From positions 28,770,001 through 28,834,000 of the forward strand of contig CM119372.1 of assembly GCA_051294905.1 (NCBI GenBank): DNA of 64,000 bases. Direction: 5' to 3'. The position numbers and the translations under genes are program-made. The notes below the pieces were generated by a model. It was not told the DNA's origin. It made no database searches and saw only the letters and a program-made list of their open reading frames with translations. This stretch comes from Botryllus schlosseri. Its lineage: Eukaryota. Of this stretch, positions 1 through 12,593 are shown piece by piece; positions within the stretch are counted from its first letter, which is position 1; every line of letters begins with the position of its first letter.

Positions 1-1091
1 ACCTATGTGATTCGACAACTGGGTTAGCGCGGTGTTGTTCTACTGATCGAGGTGTGAAAATTGTGCTATCGCGATGAAGTTGTGACTGTGAACAGCAGAC
101 TATTCTGTAGGCGCGAAACAGCGAATAAGCCGAAAGTATTATTCAGGTAGCAATCAATAGCGAAAGAGAACACGATCGGTCATCTGGTACGACTAAACTA
201 CATCATATATCATAATTTACGATCAAACTATTTCACACTGACTGGTCTAGTGTAATAATCGATAGTAGCACACAGCTGGCCGGGAAATAATTCAGCGCGC
301 AGGTCATTCGGAATATAGGTCGCACGCACTGCTTAATCCTCTTGTAAGCCACGTTTCCGTTTGTGCGGTTATTGTTGGTGACTATTCAACACCACGCGAG
401 AGATGGTTGAAAGTGCGAATCACGACCGCACCCATAAGAACACATGGCGAGTCACCACATACCGCGTAAGAATACATGGCACCTCACCGCCGCGGCCTAT
501 ATCCACAACGTTAGTTCACTACGACACAAGAATCCGTGGGCACATCATCGCCACAGCATATATCTGAAAGGGTACCATCATCACCACATAGGCACCTCAT
601 CACCGCATCCATAAGAACACATGGCACCTCACCGCCGAGAGGGGGTCTAAAAGGGTGCCATCACCACCACGAGTTTTCACGGCACCTCACCGCCGCAGCC
701 TATACCCGAAAGGGTGCCGTCACCAGAGATACCATAAGAAACAATGGCACATCACCAGAGATCCCATAAGAACCAATCGCACATCACGAGAGACCGCGTA
801 AGAAACAATGACACATCACCAGAGATCCCATAAGAACCATTGGTACATCACGAGCGATAGGGGGTCTGGGGTCTGAAAGGGTACCATCATCACTACGAGT
901 TTTCACGGCAGGTCATGAGTGAGCCCTATACCTGAAAGGGTGGGGTCACCAGAGATCCCATAAGAAACAATGGCAAGTCACCAGCGATAGGGGGTCTACA
1001 AGGGTGTGGTCACCAACACGAGTTTTCGCGGCAAGTCACGAGCGGGCCCATAAGAACCCCAGCCAGGTCACGACCGATCCTATATACTACT
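1..1091. mobile_element. Right end of a Polinton/Maverick-type DNA element (truncated by window start), related to 19666-33341
   Basis: Ends ...CTATATACTACT (reverse complement AGTAGTATATAG). 278-440 is closely similar to 32871-33030 and it carries the same CCCATAAGAA/TCACC subterminal repeats. Followed by GTCGGC and Tx1 ORF1-like sequence; left end and TSD are outside the window. Confidence 0.7.
420..1080 (+). repeat. Degenerate subterminal repeats (TCACCAGAGATCCCATAAGAA-like and GAAAGGGT(A/G)CCATCACC modules)
   Basis: CATAAGAA, TCACC and AAAGGGT motifs recur many times at roughly 42-bp spacing. Confidence 0.8.
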
Positions 1092-1313
1092 GTCGGCCCA
1101 CAGGCACGCGAAACGCGAGAAAAAACTGGTGCAATACAAAGTGCAATACAAAACCCTGCAACACAAGTACGAGAACAAAGGCCCCTAGAAGAGGCCTCGA
1201 ACACGAACGAAATCCTACATAGAGAAGAGGATAGCGCAAACACTCAAACAATAATTGAAGAAACAAGCGAAATAGAAACAAGCGACAGCGAAGACAGCGC
1301 AAACATCACAATA

Positions 1314-1661
1314 TTGGAACACGATAGCAATAGCGACGAAAGTAGCGTAGACAGCTTACAGACCGTAGAAGAAGAACATAGTCGGACAGAGGAAAGCCGA
1401 AACTGTGAGACGAAAGCTGCACAAGAACAAAAACCAAGCAGCCTTTCGACCCGCAAACTGCGCAACCTATTCGAAAAACCGCCACTCCTAAATGAAAGAG
1501 AAATGGTAAGGTTAATGTGCTCCCCGATAAGAAAACAGCACGGAGCAGCACGAAGTCCTAACAAAAGGAATAGGCATACAAAAGGAATAGGCATGAACGA
1601 AGCCCCAATCTCGAAGGAAAGGCGACGAAAAAACCTAATAACAAGTAGTTCAGCGCAATAA
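1314..1661 (+). pseudogene. C-terminal remnant of ORF1 of retrotransposon A
   Basis: Acidic/basic low-complexity tail just upstream of ORF2; SPNKR motif also seen in the ORF1 tail of element C. The N-terminal part is cut off by the DNA element ending at 1091. Confidence 0.6.
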
Positions 1662-1685
1662 TCCCACCACTCCCCTACCATCGCC

Positions 1686-4600
1686 ATGGCTCTTAACATA
1701 ATTTCGATAAACATTAACGGTATAGAAAAACGATGGTACAACTTGAAAACCTTTCTAAAGACAGACAATACATGGAATGTAGTCTGCCTCCAAGAAACCC
1801 ACAGAGGAAACAAAAGCAAAATAGCAAGATGGGCAAGTAAAAACAACATACTCTACTACCCGAACCACCTAGACGAGAAAGAACCATGGATCGACAAAGA
1901 AGAAAAAAAACTACTATACTACAAAGGAACAGCAATACTTATCAAAAAAGAACTAGAACAACAATACGACATGGAAGAATCGACCTTAAAAGAAGACAGA
2001 ATACAGTCAATGAATCTAATAACAAAACTCAGCAAATCACCGGAAAACATTAGAATATGGAACATTTACGGACCTCTACATGTAGGCAGACACCAAACCG
2101 AAATATTTCGAACATTCACACAAGAAATTGGCAAAGATCCAGACAACGCTGTGATATGCGGCGACTTTAATATAATAACAGAAAGCATAGATTCGAAAAA
2201 TTCAGAAAACTTCCGAATCACACCGGCAGCCAGAATCTGGAAACAATTCATAAAGACACACAAAATCAGAGACGCCTGGCGATGGAGAAATCCAAAGAAA
2301 AGATTATATACTAAAATGCAAACAAAACAATCAAGAAGAATAGACCGTGTTTACACATCGAACCGCTTTATGATAAACATCAAGATGTGTACATACAAAT
2401 TCAACACTTTGGCTGACCACATCCTCTACCCGAGGATTAAAATTAACAAATCCGAAAACGTCAAATGGGGGAAAGTAATGTGGAAGAATGACACCAGACA
2501 CTTCAAGGATGAGGTACTATACGAACAGATCCAGGAGATACACGAACGATGTACAGGACACAAGTACCTTTTCCAAAGCATTTATGAATGGTGGGATTAT
2601 TTCAAGAAATGCGCCAAACTACACCTGCAGAAATACGGCTCGAACAAACAAAAAGCCGAAAGAAGCAAAGCCGAAATGCTTCAAAAAAAGATACTAGAAA
2701 TACAAAATAAGAACAACGACTCAAAGAGTGCATACAAAGAGATAAAAGAGCTCAAGAAAATAGAAGACGATCATTTTAGATACCAATGTCGACTTCATAA
2801 ACTGCGTGATATGGAGGAAAATGAAAAGCCGACGAAGTTTTTCTTCCAAATGCTCCAGACAAGAGAGAGCAAAATGCTAAAAGAAATAGAAACTAATACC
2901 GGGGCTGAATTGACAGAAAAAAAGGATATACTCCGCGAGGTAGAACATTTCTACACTAACTTGTGGAGCAAACCCGAACAGGAAAATTCGAAACTCCAGC
3001 AAGAATATATAGATGAAATTAAACAACATCGAATAACAGAAGAGGAAAAGATAGACCTCGATAGCCAGATCGAAGAAAATGAAATAAAAGCCACCTTAGA
3101 AAAGATGGATAACGATAAAACACCAGGGGCTGACGGCCTATCAAAGGAGTTTTATATACGATACTGGAATATCTTGAGGAAAGATCTCCAAGAACTCTTC
3201 AACAACTCGTACCTCCTGGGAGGTCTCTGCGATAGTTGGAAAAAAGGATTAACAACAATAATCTTCAAAAAAGGTAAACCCCAACAACTGAAGAACTGGC
3301 GCCCGATCACGTTGTTGAATACAGACTACAAGATCATGACCGGCATACTAGCAAGAAGGCTTAACCCAATAACTCCAAACTTGATATATAATACACAGAA
3401 ATGCGCGATAAAAAACAGAAAAATAACAGACGTACTCCGAAACATTCACGCCGCAACAGAATTCGCCAAAGAAAAGAAAAGAGAACTCCTTTTGGTAAAC
3501 CTAGATCAACAAAAAGCCTTCGACCTAGTACACCATCAATACCTGTATAAAATCCTTGAAAATTATCAATTACCGCAGCATTTTACTCGCTTAATCAAAA
3601 ACATCTACGAGACAGCGACAAGCAGCATCATAGTCAACGGCGCTTTAACGAAACCGATCAAATTAGAGCGAGGCATCAGACAAGGATGCCCGCTCAGCAT
3701 GATCCTTTATGCTATCTGCTGCGACCCGCTTGCAAGAAAGATCGCAAGACATAAGAGATTTAAAGGCTTCAATATAGGCAGGATGGAAATAAAACTGCAG
3801 CAGTACGCAGACGATATCACCTGCCTAGCAAACAAAGAAGAAGATCTAACGTATATCTTTAAAGAATTTGACAGATACGAAAGGGCCACCGGACAAAAAC
3901 TGAACGCAGATAAAACGGAAATCTTACATATGAACCAAAAGCAAGACAACAGAATGCGAAAGACTAGATACGAACATCTGAAAAAAACACAAATCAAAAT
4001 ACTTGGACAGATATTCGGAAAAAATCAAATAAAAGACACTTGGAATGAAAAAATCTCGAAAATGAGAAAAACTGCGTACGCATACAGTCATCGCCAACTG
4101 ACCTGGATGGAAAAAAAACCATCCTAGACAGCCTAATAGCTACCCAGACTATATACAATGCCCGCGTGGTCCCAGTACCTGAAGAAGAACAACGCGAAAT
4201 CGAAAAGATATACTTTATTGTGAAACAATAGAGAAGATCGCCAGGAAGACCTTAATAGCGGGGAAAGAGAACGGGGGCCTGGCTATGCCAGACCTGGAAT
4301 CTCGCATAAAAACATGTCAATTGGAAAAAATAATAGAACTAAAAAGAATAACGGAACCAACAGAATTTTGGCACCAACATGCAATCTTCGAAATTGGCAC
4401 AAAAATCAAAAACATCAACCCCGCCCTATACAATATAACTCAGAGCCTCACAAGTATCCCACTCCAAAAATTTGGACCGACACATTAGATCTAGTCGGCA
4501 GACTAAATTGGAAGAATGAGGACTGGGAGACCGCAACCCACACCTCCACTTACAAAGCGATAAAAAACTTGAAAGAAAACAAGACAAGCATAAGAGTAGA

Positions 4601-5130
4601 GAGTGGAGAAGAGATTAAGTGGGAGCGAGTCCTGAAAACGAAATGCATGGGGAGAAACACTATAACAAACGAAGAAAAAATTCTGAATTATAAAACAGCA
4701 CACCAAAGCTATCTATTTGGTGAAAAAAAACGCAAAAGAAATATGATTAGAGACAAAAATGGTAAAATGTTCATCCTGAATTGCAAATTCTGTGACGCGA
4801 AAAACGATAACGTGCAACACGTCCTACTAGAGTGTAGCTTTGCAAAGGAATTGATCTCCTACCTGGACCAACTGCTCCAGAGGAGGCTAACGAAGGACGC
4901 GGCGCAACACAACCACGGGACAAAGCACTTGGATTGGACGATGATATCAATTTACAAATAAACCATCATCAACCTTAAGGTAAACCTTGATATCGAGAAC
5001 AGAAAAATAAGAAATGAAAGATTAGAAAACACACTACTGCAAAGAATCAAAAGAAGACTTCAAAACATTCCAAGCACTGATGAAACAAGAAGAATACCTA
5101 AGAAAATTGAAGAACTGTCAAAGAGCAAAT
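1686..5130 (+). pseudogene. ORF2 of element A: APE endonuclease + reverse transcriptase + C-terminal CCHC, frameshifted after ~4115
   Basis: EN motifs SINING, CLQETH, GDFN, RRIDRVY, ADH; RT motifs KTPGADG, WRPITLLNTDYK, LDQQKAFD, GIRQGCPLS, QYADD (ORF 1686-4127). Continues in other frames (4285-4488, 4314-4961 with CKFC...H...C). Confidence 0.92.
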
Positions 5131-5377
5131 AAGAAATCACACTTACCTCTAATTTCACTTCCGTTAGCATACCTCTCGTTTCCCTTTCAACACATATGTC
5201 ATTTGGATGTGCCTGACTGTTTATAATATAAAAAGTTTTAAAAAAAATACTATAAAAAATAAAAAAAATAAAAAAACAAGAAAAAAACAACACAAAGACC
5301 CCGAGCTGGAGACAACCCAATATATAAGAGAGGGTTGCCAAAGGCCGGCGGATACGGAGAGCCGTGAAAAAAAAAAA

Positions 5378-5516
5378 TGATCAAAAAGGCGGTTCTGCTC
5401 GGGCGAGGCCTAGCCATTGATTGCACTTCGGCTTGGTTGAACTCGGCGATTACCCCAAATGTGGGTAACTCGGTCGTGTAATTTCTGGTAGTGGGGTCTG
5501 CGTTCGCGCTAACCCT
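5378..5516 (+). pseudogene. RNU1: 5'-truncated U1 snRNA gene (first ~27 nt replaced by retrotransposon A)
   Basis: Starts at TGATCAAAAAGG right after poly(A); 3-nt insertion in the U1A loop (CATTGATTGCAC). Confidence 0.9.
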
Positions 5517-6351
5517 TCCATCCAACCATACTAATTAAATAGCTCACAGTGCATGGAAAAGAATTCGTGGCCAGCGGCTCTCGTAACGACACTCACTTAC
5601 ATGCATTCTCGCAAAGCCGCTGATTATAATAAATATACCAAATACTTGGTTTGTTGATTTATTTTCCCCCTCGGAACGAACGTGGCCATATAATACGTTT
5701 CGAGTTGGCCTACACCTCGATTTGTTCTCGTGGACCTGCGATATAGCAATGGCGTCTGACCTTTACATCGTTATAGTGTCTGTTTCTGGGTAAGATTTCA
5801 CGATTAGCGGTTAGTAGGCCTTTTCCGTATAGTGCGAGCCTAATTTCTTTTTCACCTAGCTCTCCTGAACTGATCATATACACTTCATGTATTTCGATAA
5901 GCGCCTGGATTGTGGCGAGAATTGATGACAGTCGGCAGATCAGAAATTAATCTACAATAGGCTTTCCCTATATGCCTCGCTTTTGTAGCTGTGAAAACTT
6001 TGCATTGCTATGTCACGCTTCTGTAATCCTATACCGGCTCTTTATTGGCAAAGCGAATATCAGAGCACCATGGAGATGACCATAAACCGCAAGATAATGA
6101 TTATCGCACTTTTAAGCAAGGAATGGACGGTGGAATTCGCAATTGGACGCCGCAGTCAGTCCAATATCATCGATGACGTCCCATTCGTCCCAATCATATT
6201 TGGCGTTCGCGTCTAGTAGAAACTATTTCATTTTGCTTCGGCGATTCAAAGCGCACTTGGTGAATGCATTTATGCATATGTGGAGAGCGTGCTCACCACA
6301 ATATTTATTTTGTTGTATGAAATTGGGTGTCAATAAATTTCTGGAAAATTC

Positions 6352-6513
6352 ATACTTACCTGACGAGGCAGTGAACCATGATCAAAAAGGCGGTTCTGCC
6401 CGGGCGAGGCCTAGCCATTGCACTTCGGCTTGGTTGACCTCGGCGATTACCCCAAATGTGGGTAACTCGGTCGTGTCATATCTGGTAGTGGGGTCTGCGT
6501 TCGCGCTAACCCT
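6352..6513 (+). ncRNA. RNU1: U1 snRNA (Sm site altered to CATATCTGG)
   Basis: ATACTTACCTG 5' end, GATCA loop I, ATTGCAC loop II, terminal stem-loop with TTCG loop. Confidence 0.9.
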
Positions 6514-6530
6514 TTCCATCCAACCATACT

Positions 6531-6542
6531 AGTTAAATAGCT
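6531..6542 (+). terminator. Putative snRNA 3' box (representative)
   Basis: (G/A)TTAAATAGC ~18 nt downstream of the U1 3' end in essentially every unit; loose match to the GTT..AAA..AG 3'-box consensus. Confidence 0.45.
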
Positions 6543-7277
6543 CACAGTGCATGGAAAAGAATTCGTGGCCAGCGGCTCTCGTAACGACACTCACTTACAT
6601 GCATTCTCGCAAAGCCGCTGATTATTATAAATATACCAAATACTTGGTTTGTTGATTTATTTTCCCCCTCGGAACGAACGTGGCCATATAACACGTTTTG
6701 AGTTGGCCTACACCTCGATTTGTTCTCGTGGACCTGCGATATAGCAATGGCGTCTGACCTTTACATCGTTATAGTGTCTGTTTCTGGGTAAGATTTCACG
6801 ATTAGCGGTTAGTAGGCCTTTTCCGTATAGTGCGAGCCTAATTTCTTTTTCACCTAGCTCTCCTGAACTGATCATATACACTTCATGTATTTCGATAAGC
6901 GCCTGGATTGTGGCGAGAATTGATGACAGTCGGCAGATCAGAAATTAATCTACAATAGGCTTTCCCTATATGCCTCGCTTTTGTAGCTGTGAAAACTTTG
7001 CATTGCTATGTCACGCTTCTGTAATCCTATACCGGCTCTTTATTGGCAAAGCGAATATCAGAGCACCATGGAGATGACCATAAACCGCAAGATAATGATT
7101 ATCGCACTTTTAAGCAAGGAATGGACGGTGGAATTCGCAATTGGACGCCGCAGTCAGTCCAATATCATCGATGACGTCCCAATCATATTTGGCGTTCGCG
7201 TCTAGTAGAAACTATTTCATTTTGCTTCGGCTATTCAAAGCGCACTTGGTGAATGCATTTATGCATATGTGGAGAGC

Positions 7278-7297
7278 GTGCTCACCACAATATTTAT
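7278..7297 (+). promoter_or_regulatory. PSE-like snRNA promoter element (representative; present in every full unit)
   Basis: GTGCTCACCACAATATTTAT at about -63 to -44 from U1 +1; TCACC core and position match snRNA PSEs. Octamer-like ATGCATAT just upstream. Confidence 0.6.
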
Positions 7298-7340
7298 TTT
7301 GTTGTATGAAATTGGGTGTCAATAAATTTCTGGAAAACTC

Positions 7341-7502
7341 ATACTTACCTGACGAGGCAGTGAACCATGATCAAAAAGGCGGTTCTGCCCGGGCGAGGCC
7401 TAGCCATTGCACTTCGGCTTGGTTGACCTCGGCGATTACCCGAAATGTGGGTAACTCGGTCGTGTAATTTCTGGTAGTGGGGTCTGCGTTCGCGCTAACC
7501 CT
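7341..7502 (+). ncRNA. RNU1: U1 snRNA
   Basis: ATACTTACCTG, GATCA (U1-70K loop), ATTGCAC (U1A loop), AATTTCTGG Sm site, SL4 GGGGTCTGCGTTCGCGCTAACCC; 162 nt. Confidence 0.97.
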
Positions 7503-8312
7503 TTCCATCCAACCAACCATATTAATTAAATAGCTCACAGTGCACGGATAAGAATTCGTGGCCAGCGGCTCTCGTAACGACACTCACTTACATGCATTCT
7601 CGCAAAGCCGCTGATTATTTTCAATATACCAAATACTTGTTTCGTTGATTTATTTTCCCCCTCGGAACGAACGTGGCCATATAACACGTTTTGAGTTGGC
7701 CTACACCTCGATTTGTTCTCGTAGACCTGCGATATAGCAATGGCGTCTGACCTTTACATCGTTATAGTGTCTGTTTCTGGGTAAGATTTCACGATTAGCG
7801 GTTAGTAGGCCTTTTCCGTATAGTGCGAGCCTAAATTCTTTTTCACCTAGCTCTCCTGAGCTGATCATATACACTTCATGTATTTTGATAAGCGCCTGGA
7901 TTGTGGTGAGAATTGATGACAGTCAGCAGAACAGAAATTAATCTACAATAGGCTTTCCCTATATGCCTCGCTTTTGTAGCTGTGAAAACTTTGCATTGCT
8001 ATGTCACGCTTCTGTAATCCTATACCGGCTCTTTAATGCCAAAGCGAATATCAGAGCACCATGGAGATGACCATAACACGCAAGATAATGATTATCGCAC
8101 TTTTAAGCAAGGAATGGACGGTGGAGGCGTCCAATATCATCGATGACGTCCCAATCATATTTGGCGTTCGCGTCTAGTAGAAACTATTTCATTTTGCTTC
8201 GGCGATTCAAAGCGCACTTGGTGAATGCATTTATGCATATGTGGAGAGCGTGCTCACCACAATATTTATTTTGTTGTATGAAATTGGGTGTCAATAAATT
8301 TCTGGAAAACTC

Positions 8313-8474
8313 ATACTTACCTGACGAGGCAGTGAACCATGATCAAAAAGGCGGTTCTGCCCGAGCGAGGCCTAGCCATTGCACTTCGGCTTGGTTGACC
8401 TCGGCGATTACCCCAAATGTGGGTAACTCGGTCGTGTAATTTCTGGTAGTGGGGTCTGCGTTCGCGCTAACCCT
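8313..8474 (+). ncRNA. RNU1: U1 snRNA
   Basis: All U1 motifs intact. Confidence 0.95.
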
Positions 8475-9316
8475 TTCCATCCAACCAACCATACTAATTA
8501 AATATCTCATAGTGCACGGGAAAGAATTCGTGGCCAGCGGCTCTCGTAACGACACTCACTTACATGCATTCTCGCAAAGCCGCTGATTATTATAAATATA
8601 CCAAATACTTGGTTTGTTGATATATTTTCCCCCTCGGACCGAACGTGGCCATATAACACGTTTTGAGTTGGCCTACACCTCGATTTGTTCTCGTAGACCT
8701 GCGATATAGCAATGGCGTCTGACCTTTACATCGTTATAGTGTCTGTTTCTGGGTAAGATTTCACGATTAGCGGTTAGTAGGCCTTTTCCGTATAGTGCGA
8801 GCCAAATTTCTTTTTCACCTAGCTCTCCTGAACTGATCATATACACTTCATGTATTTTGATAAGCGCCTGGATTGTGGCGAGAATTGATGACAGTCGGCA
8901 GATCAGAAATTAATCTACAATAGGCTTTCCCTATATGCCTCGCTTTTGTAGCTGTGAAAACTTTGCATTGCTATGTCACGCTTCTGTAATCCTATACCAG
9001 CTCTTTACTGGCAAAGCGAATATCAGAGCACCATGGAGATGACCATAAAACGCAAGATAATGATTATCGCACTTTTAAGCAAGGAATGGACGGTGGAATT
9101 CGCAATTGGACGCCGCAGTCAGTCCAATATCATCTCGATGACGTCCCATTCGTCCCAATCATATTTGGCGTTCGCGTCTAGTAGAAACTATTTCATTTTG
9201 CTTCGGCGATTCAAAGCGCACTTGGTGAATGCATTTATGCATATGTGGAGAGCGTGCTCACCACAATATTTATTTTGTTGTATGAAATTGGGTGTCAATA
9301 AATTTCTGGAAAACTC

Positions 9317-9478
9317 ATACTTACCTGACGAGGCAGTGAACCATGATCAAAAAGGCGGTTCTGCTCGGGCGAGGCCTAGCCATTGCACTTCGGCTTGGTT
9401 GAACTCGGCGATTACCCCAAATGGGGGTAACTCGGTCGTGTAATTTCTGGTAGTGGGGTCTGCGTTCGCGCTAACCCT
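9317..9478 (+). ncRNA. RNU1: U1 snRNA
   Basis: All U1 motifs intact. Confidence 0.95.
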
Positions 9479-9741
9479 TTCCATCCAACCATACTAATTA
9501 AATAGCTCACAGTGCATGGAAAAGAATTCGTGGCCAGCGGCTCTCGTAACGACACTCACTTACATGCATTCTCGCAAAGCCGCTGATTATAATAAATATA
9601 CCAAATACTTGGTTTGTTGATTTATTTTCCCCCTCGGAACGAACGTGGCCTTATAACACGTTTTGAGTTGGCCTGCACATCGATTTGTTCTCGTGGACCT
9701 GCGATATAGCAATGGCGTCTGACCTTTACATCGTTATAGTT

Positions 9742-10613
9742 CAACTTCTCCAGTCGGCGGGCCGGATAGAGGAAAATTAGGTACTTGGCGGGCCGGATTG
9801 CTGAATCGACACATTATTCGCCCATTTATCCACATATACAAGGAATAAATCGTATTTAATAAATGTATTTTAACGACAGCAATGTCGCTTCAAAGCCATT
9901 TCTCCGATAATGGCGAGGACAGTGTGGATTTGAGAATAACATTATCATACAGGCGCCGCCATGTCTGCTTCACTCTGATCAATCAACACACGGTGCAATC
10001 CCTAGTTAAGATTTCAAGTCGTTCGATGACCCCAGGAACCCTAATTTACCAAGATATCAATTCATTAGGGTTGAGTAGGTGCCGTGATAGCGTCGTTGTT
10101 CAACTGTGTGGCGTAAATAATCTCGAATATTGAATTCATACGGCCCGCGTTTTCTACAAAATTTGAAAACTGGCCTGCGACCCGTTTTGAGATGGCGACC
10201 CCTGGAATATGCGGTGCCTTACAAAAGCCTAGAAGTGTGGCGTGCTACAAGTCGGCGGTTGCGGAATCGAAAATAAGAAATATATCAGTCTGGTGTAAAT
10301 GACCATTGTAGTCGACAAAAATCATGATTACCACGGACGACATTAGGGTTGAGTGCATATCGCAAATGCCGATAATGCAAGTCTTCTCGCTTCGACGAAC
10401 TTACGCGTATGCTCCACTCTCGCAACGATGCGCACACACGTATATAATAATATACAGTCACTTAAATTTGACGTAGTATGCAAGTAGTGGGGGATCTCGA
10501 CAGACTGGGGCCGCGGGCCACATTATCATGTAAGACGGAAAACCGTCCGCGGGCCGGACAAAATCCCTTCGCGGGCCGGATCCGGCCCGCGGGCCGTATG
10601 TTGCCCACCCCTG
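9742..10613. mobile_element. hAT-type MITE in U1 spacer, left TIR deleted
   Basis: Same body as 47434-48315; starts at CAACTTCTCC (CAGGGGCTGG missing); right TIR GTTGCCCACCCCTG followed by TTATAGTG. Confidence 0.85.
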
Positions 10614-11164
10614 TTATAGTGTCTGTTTCTGGGTAAGATTTAACGATTAGCGGTTAGTAGGCCTTTTCCGTATAGTGCGAGCCTAATTTCTTTTTAACCT
10701 AGCTCTCCTGAACTGATCATATACACTTCATGTATTTCGATAAGCGCCTGGATTGTGGCGAGAATTGATGACAGTCGGCAGATCAGAAATTAATCTACAA
10801 TAGGCTTTCCCTATATGCCTCGCTTTTGTAGCTGTGAAAACTTTGCATTGCTATGTCACGCTTCTGTAATCCTATACCGGCTCTTTAATGCCAAACCGAA
10901 TATCAGAGCACCATGGAGATGACCATAACACGCAAGATAATGATTATCGCACTTTTAAGCAAGGAATGGACGGTGGAGGCGTCCAATATCATCGATGACG
11001 TCCCAATCATATTTGGCGTTCGCGTCTAGTAGAAACTATTTCATTTTGCTTCGGCGATTCAAAGCGCACTTGGTGAATGCATTTATGCATATGTGGAGAG
11101 CGTGCTCACCACAATATTTATTTTGTTGTATGAAATTGGGTGTCAATAAATTTCTGGAAAACTC

Positions 11165-11326
11165 ATACTTACCTGACGAGGCAGTGAACCATGATCAAAA
11201 AGGCGGTTCTGCCCGAGCGAGGCCTAGCCATTGCACTTCGGCTTGGTTGACCTCGGCGATTACCCCAAATGTGGGTAACTCGGTCGTGTAATTTCTGGTA
11301 GTGGGGTCTGCGTTCGCGCTAACCCT
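11165..11326 (+). ncRNA. RNU1: U1 snRNA
   Basis: All U1 motifs intact; duplicate of the 8313 copy. Confidence 0.95.
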
Positions 11327-12168
11327 TTCCATCCAACCAACCATACTAATTAAATATCTCATAGTGCACGGGAAAGAATTCGTGGCCAGCGGCTCTCGTA
11401 ACGACACTCACTTACATGCATTCTCGCAAAGCCGCTGATTATTATAAATATACCAAATACTTGGTTTGTTGATATATTTTCCCCCTCGGACCGAACGTGG
11501 CCATATAACACGTTTTGAGTTGGCCTACACCTCGATTTGTTCTCGTAGACCTGCGATATAGCAATGGCGTCTGACCTTTACATCGTTATAGTGTCTGTTT
11601 CTGGGTAAGATTTCACGATTAGCGGTTAGTAGGCCTTTTCCGTATAGTGCGAGCCAAATTTCTTTTTCACCTAGCTCTCCTGAACTGATCATATACACTT
11701 CATGTATTTTGATAAGCGCCTGGATTGTGGCGAGAATTGATGACAGTCGGCAGATCAGAAATTAATCTACAATAGGCTTTCCCTATATGCCTCGCTTTTG
11801 TAGCTGTGAAAACTTTGCATTGCTATGTCACGCTTCTGTAATCCTATACCAGCTCTTTACTGGCAAAGCGAATATCAGAGCACCATGGAGATGACCATAA
11901 AACGCAAGATAATGATTATCGCACTTTTAAGCAAGGAATGGACGGTGGAATTCGCAATTGGACGCCGCAGTCAGTCCAATATCATCTCGATGACGTCCCA
12001 TTCGTCCCAATCATATTTGGCGTTCGCGTCTAGTAGAAACTATTTCATTTTGCTTCGGCGATTCAAAGCGCACTTGGTGAATGCATTTATGCATATGTGG
12101 AGAGCGTGCTCACCACAATATTTATTTTGTTGTATGAAATTGGGTGTCAATAAATTTCTGGAAAACTC

Positions 12169-12330
12169 ATACTTACCTGACGAGGCAGTGAACCATGATC
12201 AAAAAGGCGGTTCTGCTCGGGCGAGGCCTAGCCATTGCACTTCGGCTTGGTTGAACTCGGCGATTACCCCAAATGGGGGTAACTCGGTCGTGTAATTTCT
12301 GGTAGTGGGGTCTGCGTTCGCGCTAACCCT
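12169..12330 (+). ncRNA. RNU1: U1 snRNA
   Basis: All U1 motifs intact; duplicate of the 9317 copy. Confidence 0.95.
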
Positions 12331-12593
12331 TTCCATCCAACCATACTAATTAAATAGCTCACAGTGCATGGAAAAGAATTCGTGGCCAGCGGCTCTCGTA
12401 ACGACACTCACTTACATGCATTCTCGCAAAGCCGCTGATTATAATAAATATACCAAATACTTGGTTTGTTGATTTATTTTCCCCCTCGGAACGAACGTGG
12501 CCTTATAACACGTTTTGAGTTGGCCTGCACATCGATTTGTTCTCGTGGACCTGCGATATAGCAATGGCGTCTGACCTTTACATCGTTATAGTT

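Larger units (their letters stand above)
1092..5377 (+). mobile_element. Tx1/L1-clade non-LTR retrotransposon A (3' part), inserted into a U1 snRNA gene
   Basis: ORF1 C-terminal remnant, EN-RT ORF2, structured 3' tail and poly(A) 5367-5377 joined directly to U1 nt ~28 (TGATCAAAAAGG). Confidence 0.9.

Noticed and set aside
1686..4127. Group II intron, retron or telomerase-type RT
   Set aside because: N-terminal APE endonuclease, upstream ORF1, C-terminal CCHC and poly(A) define an L1/Tx1-type non-LTR element
5520..6350. Additional RNA gene (5S, tRNA, SL RNA or other snRNA) in the U1 spacer
   Set aside because: No recognisable A/B boxes or known RNA sequence by eye; an Infernal/Rfam scan would be decisive
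6010..6532. Recurrent ORFs MSRFCNP.. and MDAAVSP.. in every unit as a tandem protein gene family
   Set aside because: They overlap the U1 promoter and gene, often have non-ATG starts, and gain stops and frameshifts freely between units; recurrence only reflects the repeat
9882..10133. 83-aa ORF in the MITE as a transposase or cargo gene
   Set aside because: Too short, no hAT motif recognisable; repeated only because the MITE is repeated
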